Below are positions 63,760 to 64,000 of a stretch of DNA of 64,000 nucleotides, piece after piece. The position numbers and the translations under genes are program-made. How positions within the stretch are numbered: position 1 is the stretch's first letter; every line of letters begins with the position of its first letter. This DNA is from Octopus vulgaris (lineage: Eukaryota): contig OX597819.1 in NCBI GenBank assembly GCA_951406725.2, positions 115,072,001 through 115,136,000 on the forward strand, read 5' to 3'. The notes beneath the pieces were generated by a model that did not search any database, had not been told where the DNA came from, and was given only the letters and a program-made list of their open reading frames with translations.

Positions 63760-64000
63760 GTAATTTCTCTGTAATACTGTAATTAGTGGTTGTTTAGGTT
63801 ACGGTTATATCTCACTCTTAGCAATTTATTAATTGATTTACTTGGCAACAGAATATTGTCAATATCTGAAATGTCAACAGACGAGACTGTTAAAATTACA
63901 ATAATTAAAAAAAAATGACATCCAGTTTGCAAGTTTTGTCTTCTGCTTTAATTTCCTGCATATATATAATCATAATTCCTAATATATATAGGGAAAATAT

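Overview
AT-rich eukaryotic genomic DNA, most likely a coleoid cephalopod (octopus-like); this is inferred from the gene family and repeat content. The window holds five intact effector-less C2H2 zinc-finger genes (480-2093 -, 20109-21104 +, 31968-33506 -, 47798-48934 -, 57196-58662 +). Each ZNF ORF lies in one exon that begins at a TTTCAG acceptor about 240-355 nt upstream of the ATG, with an inferred short first exon and promoter 2-6 kb away. There is also an orphan copy of the gene-2 promoter/first exon (about 23.1-23.8 kb) and the probable 5' end of a sixth gene (about 63.5-63.8 kb). Between the head-to-head genes 1 and 2 lies an intact Merlin/IS1595 (ISXO2-type) DDE transposase ORF (8874-9854) inside decayed long inverted repeats, with two further Merlin remnants nearby. 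Several GG-terminated foldback/MITE families, some with 8-bp TSDs, cluster at the ZNF 5' ends, including a 3.2-kb near-perfect nested palindrome in the gene-2 intron. The rest is RTE and CR1-type LINE pieces, three tRNA-derived SINE families, Tc1/mariner relics, hAT and piggyBac MITEs and two non-autonomous Helitrons. Main leads: (i) a short, mostly phase-matched uORF-like frame at the start of exon 2 in all five ZNF paralogs; (ii) a possibly domesticated Merlin transposase, with a same-family element at an equivalent position upstream of a paralogous ZNF promoter. All alignments were done by eye; no database searches were run.
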